From an uncultured bacterium (GTDB taxonomy: Bacteria; Zixibacteria; MSB-5A5; CAIYYT01): 64,000 nucleotides of DNA. The position numbers and the translations under genes are program-made. Of this stretch, positions 51,268 through 60,726 are shown piece after piece (within the stretch, counting starts at the first letter, position 1; the number at the start of each line of letters is the position of its first letter). The DNA lies in NCBI GenBank assembly GCA_963726455.1, contig CAVSCK010000004.1, forward strand, positions 352,001 through 416,000, given 5' to 3'. The notes beneath the pieces are model-generated. The model worked only from the letters and a program-made list of their open reading frames with translations. It was not told the origin of the DNA and did not search any database.

Positions 51268-52204
51268 CAAGGTCGGCCTTGTAACCCATCCTGACTGTAC
51301 ACTTCACAATTGGCCCACGCATGTCGAAAACGCGCAACGCACCAACGCGATTCTGCGACTTCTCGAATCAACGGGACTAACTGAGAAACTCTGCATGGCA
51401 TCGGCGCGGGAAGCCACTATCGACGAATTGCTTCTAAATCACAGCAAGGATTATGTCGATCAAATTGCCGGTTTGCACGAGCACGGAATAGTCATGCTTG
51501 ACGGCGACACTTATGCTAACGAGCATTCCTTTCACGCTGCGCGGTTGTCTTACGGCGGTGCGCTGTTGGCTGTGGAGAAAGTGTTTTCCGGCGAATGGCA
51601 GCGTGGCTTCTGCGTGATCCGTCCTCCCGGCCATCACGCCATGCATAATCACGCAATGGGATTCTGCATCTTTAACAATATCGCAGGCGCGGCGCGTTTT
51701 GCGTTGAAGTCTGGTAACGTGGCCCGGGTAGCTATTGCCGATTTTGACGTCCACCACGGCAACGGCACACAGTTCTCATTCTATAACAACAGCGCTGTGC
51801 ACTTCACCAGTATGCATCAATATCCGTTCTACCCCGGCACCGGCGCGTCCTACGAAACAGGCAGCGGAGCAGGCGAAGGATTCACACTTAACTTGCCGCT
51901 AACTGCCGGTACCACTGGTGCAGAGGCGACTGCGTTATTCGAACCGGCGTTTCGCGAGGCCATGGAGGCGTTTCGTCCGGAACTCATACTGGTATCCGCC
52001 GGCTTTGACGCGCACTGCGACGATCCACTGGCCTCACTGCGTTTCGAAGACGAAGATTATCGTACCGTGACGAGTATAATTTGCGATATTGCTGACCGCT
52101 ACGCAGGAGGCAAAGTTGTCTCCGTGTTGGAAGGCGGTTATGATTTGGATGCTCTCGCCCGATCGGCGGCAGAGCATGTGAAAGGATTACTGGGCGATGA
52201 CTAG
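51260..52204 (+). CDS. Zn-dependent histone deacetylase family protein
   Basis: RPPGHHA, GFCIFNN, DVHHGNGT, AGFDAH, LEGGY. Confidence 0.95.
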   Translation: MKRKVGLVTHPDCTLHNWPTHVENAQRTNAILRLLESTGLTEKLCMASAREATIDELLLNHSKDYVDQIAGLHEHGIVMLDGDTYANEHSFHAARLSYGGALLAVEKVFSGEWQRGFCVIRPPGHHAMHNHAMGFCIFNNIAGAARFALKSGNVARVAIADFDVHHGNGTQFSFYNNSAVHFTSMHQYPFYPGTGASYETGSGAGEGFTLNLPLTAGTTGAEATALFEPAFREAMEAFRPELILVSAGFDAHCDDPLASLRFEDEDYRTVTSIICDIADRYAGGKVVSVLEGGYDLDALARSAAEHVKGLLGDD

Positions 52205-52970
52205 CAAATATTGTCGCGTTATGTTTGAGGGCAAAGCGGTCTGGGGACAACTAAGTGGGGATCAGATTCAGGTGATCGATGGCGATCTCTTTGGGGAGCA
52301 TCGCATCACGGATCGCAAGATTCAACTTGCCGGCGCCAGACTCTTGCCGCCGGTTACACCGACCAAGATCGTTTGCGTCGGGCTTAATTATGTCGATCAT
52401 GTCAAGGAAAGCCAGTCTTCGAATGTTGTGCCTGCCGAGCCGGTATTGTTCATGAAGCCATTAACCGCGTTGATCGGGCCTGATGACGAGATTACATATC
52501 CACCATCCAGCCAGCGTGTCGACTACGAGGGCGAGATCGGCGTGGTTATCAAGACGCGCAGCAAGGGGCTGTCACCGGAGGAAATTCAAAAAAACATCTT
52601 TGGCGTAACCTGCGTGAATGATGTCACTGCCCGCGACTTGCAGAAGAAAGACCTGCAGTGGACGCGCGGCAAGGGATTCGATACTTTCTGCCCGGCGGGA
52701 CCATATCTCGTGACCGGATTGGACTACACAAACCTGAATGTATCATCACGCTTAAACGGCGAGACGCGCCAGTCCTCCAACAGCCGCCACATGATTTTCT
52801 CGATACCGCAATTGATCAGCTTCATCAATAATATCATGACCCTGCAACCCGGCGACTTGATCGTCACCGGCACACCGGAGGGAATCGGCCCCATGCAAGA
52901 CGGCGACGTAGCGGAAGTCGAGGTTGAAGGCGTTGGTATTCTGCGTAACAAGGTTGAGCGCCATGGATAA
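52197..52970 (+). CDS. Fumarylacetoacetate hydrolase family protein
   Basis: KIVCVGLNY, VDYEGE, NDVTARD, KGFDTF, TGTPEG. Confidence 0.95.
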   Translation: MTSKYCRVMFEGKAVWGQLSGDQIQVIDGDLFGEHRITDRKIQLAGARLLPPVTPTKIVCVGLNYVDHVKESQSSNVVPAEPVLFMKPLTALIGPDDEITYPPSSQRVDYEGEIGVVIKTRSKGLSPEEIQKNIFGVTCVNDVTARDLQKKDLQWTRGKGFDTFCPAGPYLVTGLDYTNLNVSSRLNGETRQSSNSRHMIFSIPQLISFINNIMTLQPGDLIVTGTPEGIGPMQDGDVAEVEVEGVGILRNKVERHG

Positions 52971-54135
52971 GAAAGACGATACCAAAGCGGTTCACTCGGG
53001 CGAGATTGGCCGCAAGTATGATGGATCGGTCGCCATGCCGATCTTTACCAGCAGCACTTTTGCCTTCGAGTCGAGCGCCGATCTGGAAGCATACAACCGC
53101 GATCCGTCCGGAAAATACCTCTACACGCGTTACGGCAACCCTACGATCGTTGCGGTCGAACAGAAGGTTGCCGATCTCGAGCGGGCGGAAATGTCGGTGT
53201 TGTTTTCGTCAGGCATGGCTGCGATCACTTCAAGCGTACTTTCGCTGCTCAGATCCGGCGACAGAGTAGTTGCCACCCCATCGCTCTATGGCGGCACGCG
53301 AAAGTTCTTCCGTGACATCCTGCCGCGATACGGTATCGAAGTTGCCTTTGCAGCAACCGGCGCCATTGATGATGCGCGTCGGATTATTGATGATCGCACG
53401 CGACTGCTTTATATCGAATCGCCGGCGAATCCTCATGTCGAAATACTCGATGTGGCGGCCTTTGCCAAGCTTGCAAAGGAACACCGGATTCTCTCTGCAA
53501 TCGATGCCACGTTTGCCACGCCATATCTGATGAAGCCGTGCGAAATGGGCATTGACGTGGTCATCCATAGTTGCACCAAGTATATCGGCGGCCATGCCGA
53601 TCTGATCGGTGGTGTGGTGAGTGGCAAAGCGGATGTGATGAAGAAGGTCGAAGAGTATCGCCGGGTGCTGGGAGGAATTGCCGATCCCGAGTGTGCCTAT
53701 CGTATCGGCAGGGGACTGAAGACTCTGGCCGTCAGAATGGAGCGGCACTGCACCAACGCCCTGGCAGTAGCAAAGGCGTTGCGGAAATCTCCCAAGGTTG
53801 AGGACGTCCTGTATCCCGGCTTGGCGGAATCACCCTGGCACAAACTTGCAAAGTCGCAAATGCGCGACTTTGGCGGGATGGTTTGTGTAACTCTGAAGGG
53901 CGGGTTGTCGGCTGCGAAGCGCTTCGTGGATAGTCTGAAGCTGGTGGTTAATGCCGCGAGCTTGGGCGGCGTCGAGTCGCTGGCTTCGATTCCGGTGCTG
54001 ACCTCGCACGTCAACATGTCGGCTGAGGAACTGCGCATTTCGCGTGTAAGCGAAGGTATGGTGCGACTCTCAATCGGCATCGAGTCAGCGGATGACCTCG
54101 TCGCTGATGTGGCGCAGGCGTTGGAGCGAGTCTAG
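52963..54135 (+). CDS. Cys/Met metabolism PLP enzyme (cystathionine gamma-synthase/lyase family)
   Basis: YTRYGNPT, SSGMAAI, ESPANP, DATFATP, HSCTKYIGGH, SLGGVES. Confidence 0.93.
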   Translation: MDKKDDTKAVHSGEIGRKYDGSVAMPIFTSSTFAFESSADLEAYNRDPSGKYLYTRYGNPTIVAVEQKVADLERAEMSVLFSSGMAAITSSVLSLLRSGDRVVATPSLYGGTRKFFRDILPRYGIEVAFAATGAIDDARRIIDDRTRLLYIESPANPHVEILDVAAFAKLAKEHRILSAIDATFATPYLMKPCEMGIDVVIHSCTKYIGGHADLIGGVVSGKADVMKKVEEYRRVLGGIADPECAYRIGRGLKTLAVRMERHCTNALAVAKALRKSPKVEDVLYPGLAESPWHKLAKSQMRDFGGMVCVTLKGGLSAAKRFVDSLKLVVNAASLGGVESLASIPVLTSHVNMSAEELRISRVSEGMVRLSIGIESADDLVADVAQALERV

Positions 54136-54298
54136 GCGCTGATTTCTTCCTGGCTGATTTATTTATTTGCCTCGCAGGCACTCGTCTTAGGTTCAACAAA
54201 CTGGGCAATCTAACGTCGTCTTACTGATGCTATTGGGACGGCGCCGACATTCCAGTTTGTGGTTGATTCTCCACAAGCGCTCGGTATCTTCAGGCGGA

Positions 54299-57200
54299 AT
54301 GAAATCGCTGAATCGTTTCGCAGTTCTGATCGGTGTTGTGCTGCTGTTGGCTTTGGCACGGCCACTGTGTGCTCAAATCCGGTTGGAGCATGCCGATTCC
54401 TCAACAGCCCTTCAGGTGCCCGGCGGCGCCGTGTACGAGTTCTTCGGAAGTGTGCACTTCATCCGTGATTCCAGCCAATTGTTTTCTGACTATGCTGCCC
54501 GTTACGAGCCGCAAAATATCGTTCGCTTAATCGGTAACGTTCGCATCAAGGAACCGCAGCGTGAGCTGGCAGCCGATTCGGTCTGGTACTATCAATCCAC
54601 TGATCTAATGCGCGCCTGGGGCAGAGTTGCCATCGAGGATCATCTGCGCCACGTCAAAGCGGAAGGCGGCGCGGCAGACTACGACGGCAAGGAAGAATAC
54701 TTGCTCTTGATGAAGAACCCACGTTTGACGGTGGATTTTGACATCCCACATTCATCGACCTTCGTCAAAGGCGACACGATCAAGTACCATGCTCGCGATG
54801 ACATGGTGGAAGCAATCGATTCCGCAACGATCGTGCAGGGGACGTTGATAGCCAGCGCGCAACAGGCGACGATCTATCTCGACCGGGAAGAAATGTGCCT
54901 GACTGGAAAAGTTCATGCTACTCAACACCAGAACGAATTGTCCGGCGACGCCATGACGGTGTATTCGAAATCCAAGAAACTCGAACGAATCAATGTCGTT
55001 GGAAACGGCGAATCAATCTTTCGGCAGCGCGCTGCCGCGGCAGACACGCTTGTTTACAATGAAAGTCGACTGACCGCCAACAAAATCGACTTCTTCTTTG
55101 CGAACGATCTTCTTGACCTGATCAAAGCGCAGGGGAACAGCTATACCTACTACCTGCCTGCGAAAGAGGACACCATTTCCAAAGGGAGCAATGTTGCCTC
55201 CGGAGACTCGACGACTTTGAAATTCCTGGGTGGCGAACTGAGCGAGGTCTTTGTGGTGACATCGGCAGAGGGCACTTATTGGTCTCCGGCAGGCCGGGAT
55301 TCGCTGGGCAATCCAACGCGCATGGACACTGTGACTTACAGTGCCAACCGCATCAACTACAAGATTGCACACAAGCAGATCTTCATGAAGGAAACCGCGC
55401 GGGTCAAGCAGGCCACGATGAATCTGGATGCTCATGAAATCCAGTATGACCTCACCGGCCACAATGTGTACGCCTATGGCTTCTACGACACGGCGCAATC
55501 GGCCTTTGTGCCTTTGACTCTCAAGGACAAAGCCGAGGAAATGACAGGCGAGCGACTGGTCTACAATCTGGACACCAAGCGTGGCAAGATCAAAGAAAGC
55601 CATACCACTTTGGAGCAAGCATACTACTCCGGAGGCGTCTTGCGCAAGGAAGTGGAGGGTCAGGTGTTGGTGCGGAACGGAAGCTACACTACTTGTGACC
55701 TGGCCGAACCGCACTTTCATTTTGCGTCGAAAGACATGAAGTTGATCACGAATGACAAAGTCTTCGCCAGACCGGTTATCCTGTATGTGGAATCGATGCC
55801 CGTCTTTGCTCTGCCATACTTTGTGTTTTCGACAAAGAAGGGAAGGCAATCGGGATTCCTGCCGTTCCAATTCGGCAACTTCGAGCGGGGCCAGCGATTC
55901 GTCAATAATCTCGGGTATTACTGGGCGATCAGCGATTACTGGGACGTCAAGGGCTCGGTGGACGTCCATGAGGGCACGGGGCTTACCTTCAACGGCGCGG
56001 CTCGATATGCCATTCGAAATAACCTCAACGGTTATGTGAGCGGTTCATTCGCGCGCGAGACAAGATTCCTGAACGTTCAGAGAACGACCGCGAACAGATA
56101 CCGATTTAGTTTCAGCCACAGCCAGCAGATTGACCCTACGCTTTCTCTCAGCGGCAGCGGCGAATTTCTTTCGGATAAGTCCTATTATACCGACTATTCC
56201 ACGAATCTCGACCAGCGGTTGAATCGCAATATCCACTCGCAAATAAACATCAACAAGCGCTGGGAAGGTGCGTCGCTGACTGTCGCCGTTGATCAGACCA
56301 AGGCCTTGGACCTCGACACTCACGCCGAGAAATTGCCGGTTGTCAGATTCTCGCTCTCGCAGAAACCGTTGTTCCATCAACCCAAGAAAGCAACTGACAA
56401 ACGCTGGTATCATGATATGTACTATGGGTACAACTCCGGATTTCTAAATAGCTCGGCGAAGGGCTTGAGCGGGCAATTGGCAACGTTCAAGAAGTACTCT
56501 GTACTCAACCAGCAATTCGATTTGCGGGCACCGATTAAGTTCTTTAATGCCGTCACGGTTTCGCCGGCGATGTCGTTGTTCGACAATTGGTACTACCTGC
56601 CGCCATCCGACCAGGCGGATAGCGCCCATTTGGCCACCAGGGTCGTCAGAAATCGCGACACTTGGACATCGTCAGTGACCCTGTCAACTGTTCTCTATGG
56701 CTCGGTCGCGCCGCACATGTTCTCGATTGTCGGTTTGCGGCACGTGATGTCGCCGTCGGTGTCAATCGGCTACCAGCCGAAGATTACGCACAATCAGGAT
56801 TATGCGGGCTTTACCGGGTTCGGCGGCAGCGGTTTTGAAAGCAAGAACCTGAATTTCGGCCTACAGAATCAGTTTCAGATGAAGTACTTGAAAGGCGGCA
56901 AAGAACAGAAGCTCGACCTGTTCAGGTATTCGTTGTCAGGAAACTATGATTTCGTCCGCAAGCAACGTCGTTGGTCAACTATCAACTCCGCATTGAGCGC
57001 CTATAACGTTAAGAACATGACTCTGGATGTTTCGTTTGTGCATGATCTGTATGCCTCCAACGGCAAGCTGCGATGGTGGAATCCGACTCTGACTTCGATC
57101 AGCATTTCCACCGGCTACCGCGGCTCATTCAAGATTCCGATCGGCATGTCCCAGACAAGCGTCCTGGCTCCGTCAGCCCCCGTATCCCCGATGGCCGCCA

Positions 57201-57559
57201 CACCCGGGCCAGACCTTAATCGAGTCACATTTGGAATATCTGAGCGCTACACGGAAACTCGCGGTGTCTATGGCAGCGTACAGCACTGGATCAGTTTTGA
57301 CTTGGGGTTTTCGCCCTCGAAGAACTGGCGCGTCAAGTATCGGCAGAACTACAACATTCGCGCCCGCGGCTCCAGCGAGAAGACGGTCGAGATCTATCGG
57401 GACCTTCATTGCTGGGAGGGGACATTCACCTGGATTCCGGAGGGCTCGCTACAGGGGTATTACTTCCGCATAAACGTTAAGTTAATGCCTGACTTGAAGT
57501 TCGAGAAATCGGAATCAGGCATACGCGATGCCTTGCTGGGGCTCAATCCTTACCAATAG
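54299..57559 (+). CDS. lptD: LPS assembly protein LptD-like (tandem OstA domains + beta-barrel)
   Basis: Signal peptide from ATG 54299; OstA-like jellyrolls; YTTCD..PHF, RQSGFL, YRDLHCWE. Confidence 0.88.
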   Translation: MKSLNRFAVLIGVVLLLALARPLCAQIRLEHADSSTALQVPGGAVYEFFGSVHFIRDSSQLFSDYAARYEPQNIVRLIGNVRIKEPQRELAADSVWYYQSTDLMRAWGRVAIEDHLRHVKAEGGAADYDGKEEYLLLMKNPRLTVDFDIPHSSTFVKGDTIKYHARDDMVEAIDSATIVQGTLIASAQQATIYLDREEMCLTGKVHATQHQNELSGDAMTVYSKSKKLERINVVGNGESIFRQRAAAADTLVYNESRLTANKIDFFFANDLLDLIKAQGNSYTYYLPAKEDTISKGSNVASGDSTTLKFLGGELSEVFVVTSAEGTYWSPAGRDSLGNPTRMDTVTYSANRINYKIAHKQIFMKETARVKQATMNLDAHEIQYDLTGHNVYAYGFYDTAQSAFVPLTLKDKAEEMTGERLVYNLDTKRGKIKESHTTLEQAYYSGGVLRKEVEGQVLVRNGSYTTCDLAEPHFHFASKDMKLITNDKVFARPVILYVESMPVFALPYFVFSTKKGRQSGFLPFQFGNFERGQRFVNNLGYYWAISDYWDVKGSVDVHEGTGLTFNGAARYAIRNNLNGYVSGSFARETRFLNVQRTTANRYRFSFSHSQQIDPTLSLSGSGEFLSDKSYYTDYSTNLDQRLNRNIHSQININKRWEGASLTVAVDQTKALDLDTHAEKLPVVRFSLSQKPLFHQPKKATDKRWYHDMYYGYNSGFLNSSAKGLSGQLATFKKYSVLNQQFDLRAPIKFFNAVTVSPAMSLFDNWYYLPPSDQADSAHLATRVVRNRDTWTSSVTLSTVLYGSVAPHMFSIVGLRHVMSPSVSIGYQPKITHNQDYAGFTGFGGSGFESKNLNFGLQNQFQMKYLKGGKEQKLDLFRYSLSGNYDFVRKQRRWSTINSALSAYNVKNMTLDVSFVHDLYASNGKLRWWNPTLTSISISTGYRGSFKIPIGMSQTSVLAPSAPVSPMAATPGPDLNRVTFGISERYTETRGVYGSVQHWISFDLGFSPSKNWRVKYRQNYNIRARGSSEKTVEIYRDLHCWEGTFTWIPEGSLQGYYFRINVKLMPDLKFEKSESGIRDALLGLNPYQ

Positions 57560-57682
57560 ACTGAACCGGAACGGCTTAGCCAAGATGAGTGCCGTGCTCC
57601 ATATGGTTGAAGAATATTCTTCACTGCAAGCGCGTAAACACCATCGACCTACGCCAGAGCCAATAATCATGCGGATTTGTTG

Positions 57683-57711
57683 TTGACGAAGGGGGAATCC
57701 GTCCCTACATT
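57683..57711 (+). promoter_or_regulatory. sigma70 promoter TTGACG-N17-TACATT, 6 nt before the ftsK ATG
   Basis: Hexamers and spacing read directly. Confidence 0.6.
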
Positions 57712-57717
57712 CAGAGT

Positions 57718-60081
57718 ATGGGTGTAGCGGCATTTCTAAAAGCCGGGCATCGTCAGGAGCTCACCGGGTTTCTGCTTATTGTCCTGGCAATCGTGATTTT
57801 GATCTCACTGGCAACCTACGACAAACGTGATGTGTCGCTGTTCTACGAGGAGGCGACAGTGCTGCGGCCAGTCCCAGGCGACACCGTGGCAGCCTTTCAA
57901 CCGACGGAAGGCGGCGTAAAATCGCTGTCATTCTCAGACATACTGCACATGCGGGCAGAGAACTCTGGAGGGATAGTCGGGGCAGTGATTTCCCATCTAT
58001 TGCTCTGGAGCATTGGTTTCAGCTCCTATGTCCTTGTGCTGGTGCTACTTGTGGTTGGTTGGAAACTGCTTTTCAAATACGAGAATTCTCATCTTCGAAA
58101 CGCTCTGCTCAGGGTTTACGCCTTTGTGTTCCTGCTCGGAATTTTGATATTCCTGTTCCAGCTCGACGATCCTGAGATTGGCTCTGCCCTGACTCACAGC
58201 TTGTCAGGTAAGGCGGGCTTCATTCTGTCAGGGCTGACGCGGACCCTGTTTAACGTCACTGTAGGGTTCGCTATCCTGGGCGCCGCACTGATAGTCATCT
58301 TCTTTACGATAGTTCCGTTCCGTCCCAAGCAGGCGCGCGCCACGATAGATCGCATAATTGCGTTTTTCAGTCGCTCATCGGTAGGCGCCGGCGCATTTAT
58401 GCGTTCGCAGTACAAGGCCTGGCGGGAGAGTCTGAAGACGATTTTCGACAAAGACAAGGGAGCAACCGAGGAAGACCCTGACACCGAAGAAATGGAGCCG
58501 CCTGTCCAGCCGGTAGCCGAAACGGTCGTGCATTCTGAGCCGCCGAAGAAGATCGAGCAGTTGCCGCTTGACCTTGACGAAGTGGTTGAAGGCCCGCACA
58601 AGCTCGAATTCAAGTCAGCCACCAGACAACCGAAACGCATACGCGAACCGTTCGGCCAGCCACCGTTGACACTTTTGCACGAGCCAGTACGCGAAGACCC
58701 CGGCACAAGCGACGCGGAACTTGACGAGATCGCCAAGGCCTTGCGCGATACGCTTAACACGTTTGGCATCGAAATCATCGCCAATAGCATTGAGAAATAT
58801 CCCGGACCGGTTATTACGCGATTTGAGTTCAAGCCCGCCCCGGGCGTCAAAATAAATCAGATCGTGAACCTGGCCGACGATCTGGCATTGGCGCTCAAAG
58901 CGTCGCGAATCAGAATCATTGCGCCGGTGCCGGGCAAGTCGGCCGTCGGTGTGGAGATTCCAAATCGCAAGCCGCAGAAAGTATTTATCAAGGAAATTCT
59001 CACATCCGAGGCATATCAGCGCGGGCGCTACAAACTGCCGCTGGCGTTGGGCAAGAACACCGCCGGCAAGCCGTTCGTCGTGGATTTGGCGCGCATGCCG
59101 CATCTGCTGATTGCGGGCGCGACTGGCTCAGGCAAATCGGTTTGTCTGAACGTGATCATTACGAGTCTGATCTATCGCCATTCGCCGAAGGATCTGCGGT
59201 TTATTTTCATCGATCCCAAGATTCTCGAATTGTCCGTCTATGGCGATATCCCGTATCTGGCACGGCCGGTGGTCACGAAAGCCAAGATGGCGGAATCAGT
59301 TCTTGCAGGCGCCGTCAACGAGATGGAAGATCGCTATCGTCGACTGGCAACCCAGTCAGTGCGGTCACTCGACGATTACAATGCCAAAGTGCCGCCGGAA
59401 GACAAGCTTCCGTACCTGTTGATTGTCGTTGATGAATTGGCTGATATGATGATGTCGAACTCGTCGGCCAAGATCGAACTATTGATCACTCGTCTCGCGC
59501 AAATGGCACGCGCGGTCGGGATTCATTTAATTCTGGCGACGCAGCGCCCATCGGTTGATGTCATCACTGGATTGATCAAGGCGAATTTCTCATCGCGCAT
59601 TGCATTCCAGGTGGCTTCGAAAGTTGACAGCCGCACGATCCTTGACGGTAATGGCGCCGAGAAACTGCTCGGCATGGGCGACATGCTCCTGCTGCTGGCC
59701 GGCGAGCCGGAGCCGATTCGCATTCATGGCGCCTGGATTTCGTCGGACGAAACCGAACGATTGGTGGCTTATCTCAAGGACAATGCCGCCGCAGCAGCGC
59801 CGATTCAAACGTTTACCGAGGAAAATGAAAAGCTCATTGTCGAACGCAATACCCATGATGTTCTGCTTCCTGAAGCAACCGAGCTTGTAATCAAGCACAA
59901 ACAGGGATCGGTATCCCTGTTGCAGCGCCGCCTGGGAATCGGTTACCAGCGCGCGGCACGCTTGATGGACCAGCTCGAAGCCACCGGCATCGTCGGACCC
60001 TACGACGGCAGCAAAGCGCGCGAAGTCCTCGTTGATAAGTCATACTTGGAAAAAATAAAGAAAGACAAACCTACCTTCTGA
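57718..60081 (+). CDS. ftsK: DNA translocase FtsK
   Basis: N-terminal TM domain, PHLLIAGATGSGKS, VDELAD, ATQRPS, gamma domain SLLQRRLGIGYQRAA. Confidence 0.98.
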   Translation: MGVAAFLKAGHRQELTGFLLIVLAIVILISLATYDKRDVSLFYEEATVLRPVPGDTVAAFQPTEGGVKSLSFSDILHMRAENSGGIVGAVISHLLLWSIGFSSYVLVLVLLVVGWKLLFKYENSHLRNALLRVYAFVFLLGILIFLFQLDDPEIGSALTHSLSGKAGFILSGLTRTLFNVTVGFAILGAALIVIFFTIVPFRPKQARATIDRIIAFFSRSSVGAGAFMRSQYKAWRESLKTIFDKDKGATEEDPDTEEMEPPVQPVAETVVHSEPPKKIEQLPLDLDEVVEGPHKLEFKSATRQPKRIREPFGQPPLTLLHEPVREDPGTSDAELDEIAKALRDTLNTFGIEIIANSIEKYPGPVITRFEFKPAPGVKINQIVNLADDLALALKASRIRIIAPVPGKSAVGVEIPNRKPQKVFIKEILTSEAYQRGRYKLPLALGKNTAGKPFVVDLARMPHLLIAGATGSGKSVCLNVIITSLIYRHSPKDLRFIFIDPKILELSVYGDIPYLARPVVTKAKMAESVLAGAVNEMEDRYRRLATQSVRSLDDYNAKVPPEDKLPYLLIVVDELADMMMSNSSAKIELLITRLAQMARAVGIHLILATQRPSVDVITGLIKANFSSRIAFQVASKVDSRTILDGNGAEKLLGMGDMLLLLAGEPEPIRIHGAWISSDETERLVAYLKDNAAAAAPIQTFTEENEKLIVERNTHDVLLPEATELVIKHKQGSVSLLQRRLGIGYQRAARLMDQLEATGIVGPYDGSKAREVLVDKSYLEKIKKDKPTF

Positions 60082-60099
60082 AGGTTGGTATAATTGCCT

Positions 60100-60726
60100 A
60101 TGATCATGCGTGTTCTCATAATCGTCCTCATTTTGTGTCTGCCGCTTTTTGCCGCCGGCACCACGGATATCATTGATAAGTCCGAGGCGCTGTATTCCCA
60201 GGGCGGCGCGTTCTCGGCGAAATTCTCGCAGAACGTGTCGACCGGCGATTTCTTCGACGATGAAAAAGCGACCGGTTCACTGATAATGAATTATCCGAGA
60301 CAATTCCGAATCGAGACGCAGGAACAAACCCTGGTTTCGAACGGTGACACCCTGTGGTCATATTCGGTCGAGAATCGGCAGGTCACGGTTGAATTAGTGA
60401 CTAAGTCTGAGGAGACCATCACGCCTTCCGATTACCTGTTCAACTTCAAAAAGAATTTCGATGTCAGTTACGACTCGACCGAAATCATTGATAAAGCCAA
60501 AGTTCACCGCTTTTCGCTGCGCGCCAAGTCTGCCGATCAATTCGTGCGCACCATGCAGGTGTACATAGATGCAAACACCTACCTTGTTCGGCGAGTAACA
60601 TATAGGGACCTGAACGACAACAAAATCACCCTCGACTTCTCTGACTGGAAACTGGGCATCAAGGTCGCGCCGGACAAGTTTCGTTTTAAGGCTCCACGGG
60701 GTGTAGAAGAGGTCAGGATTCCCTGA
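60100..60726 (+). CDS. lolA: Outer-membrane lipoprotein carrier LolA family
   Basis: Signal peptide, FSAKFSQ, FRIE, VSNGDTLW, F.FKAP.GV; downstream of ftsK. Confidence 0.88.
   Translation: MIMRVLIIVLILCLPLFAAGTTDIIDKSEALYSQGGAFSAKFSQNVSTGDFFDDEKATGSLIMNYPRQFRIETQEQTLVSNGDTLWSYSVENRQVTVELVTKSEETITPSDYLFNFKKNFDVSYDSTEIIDKAKVHRFSLRAKSADQFVRTMQVYIDANTYLVRRVTYRDLNDNKITLDFSDWKLGIKVAPDKFRFKAPRGVEEVRIP

Noticed and set aside
55013-55969. Long antisense ORFs (318 aa here, 261 aa at 26893-27678 and others)
   Set aside because: Shadow frames opposite well-conserved genes, with no motifs
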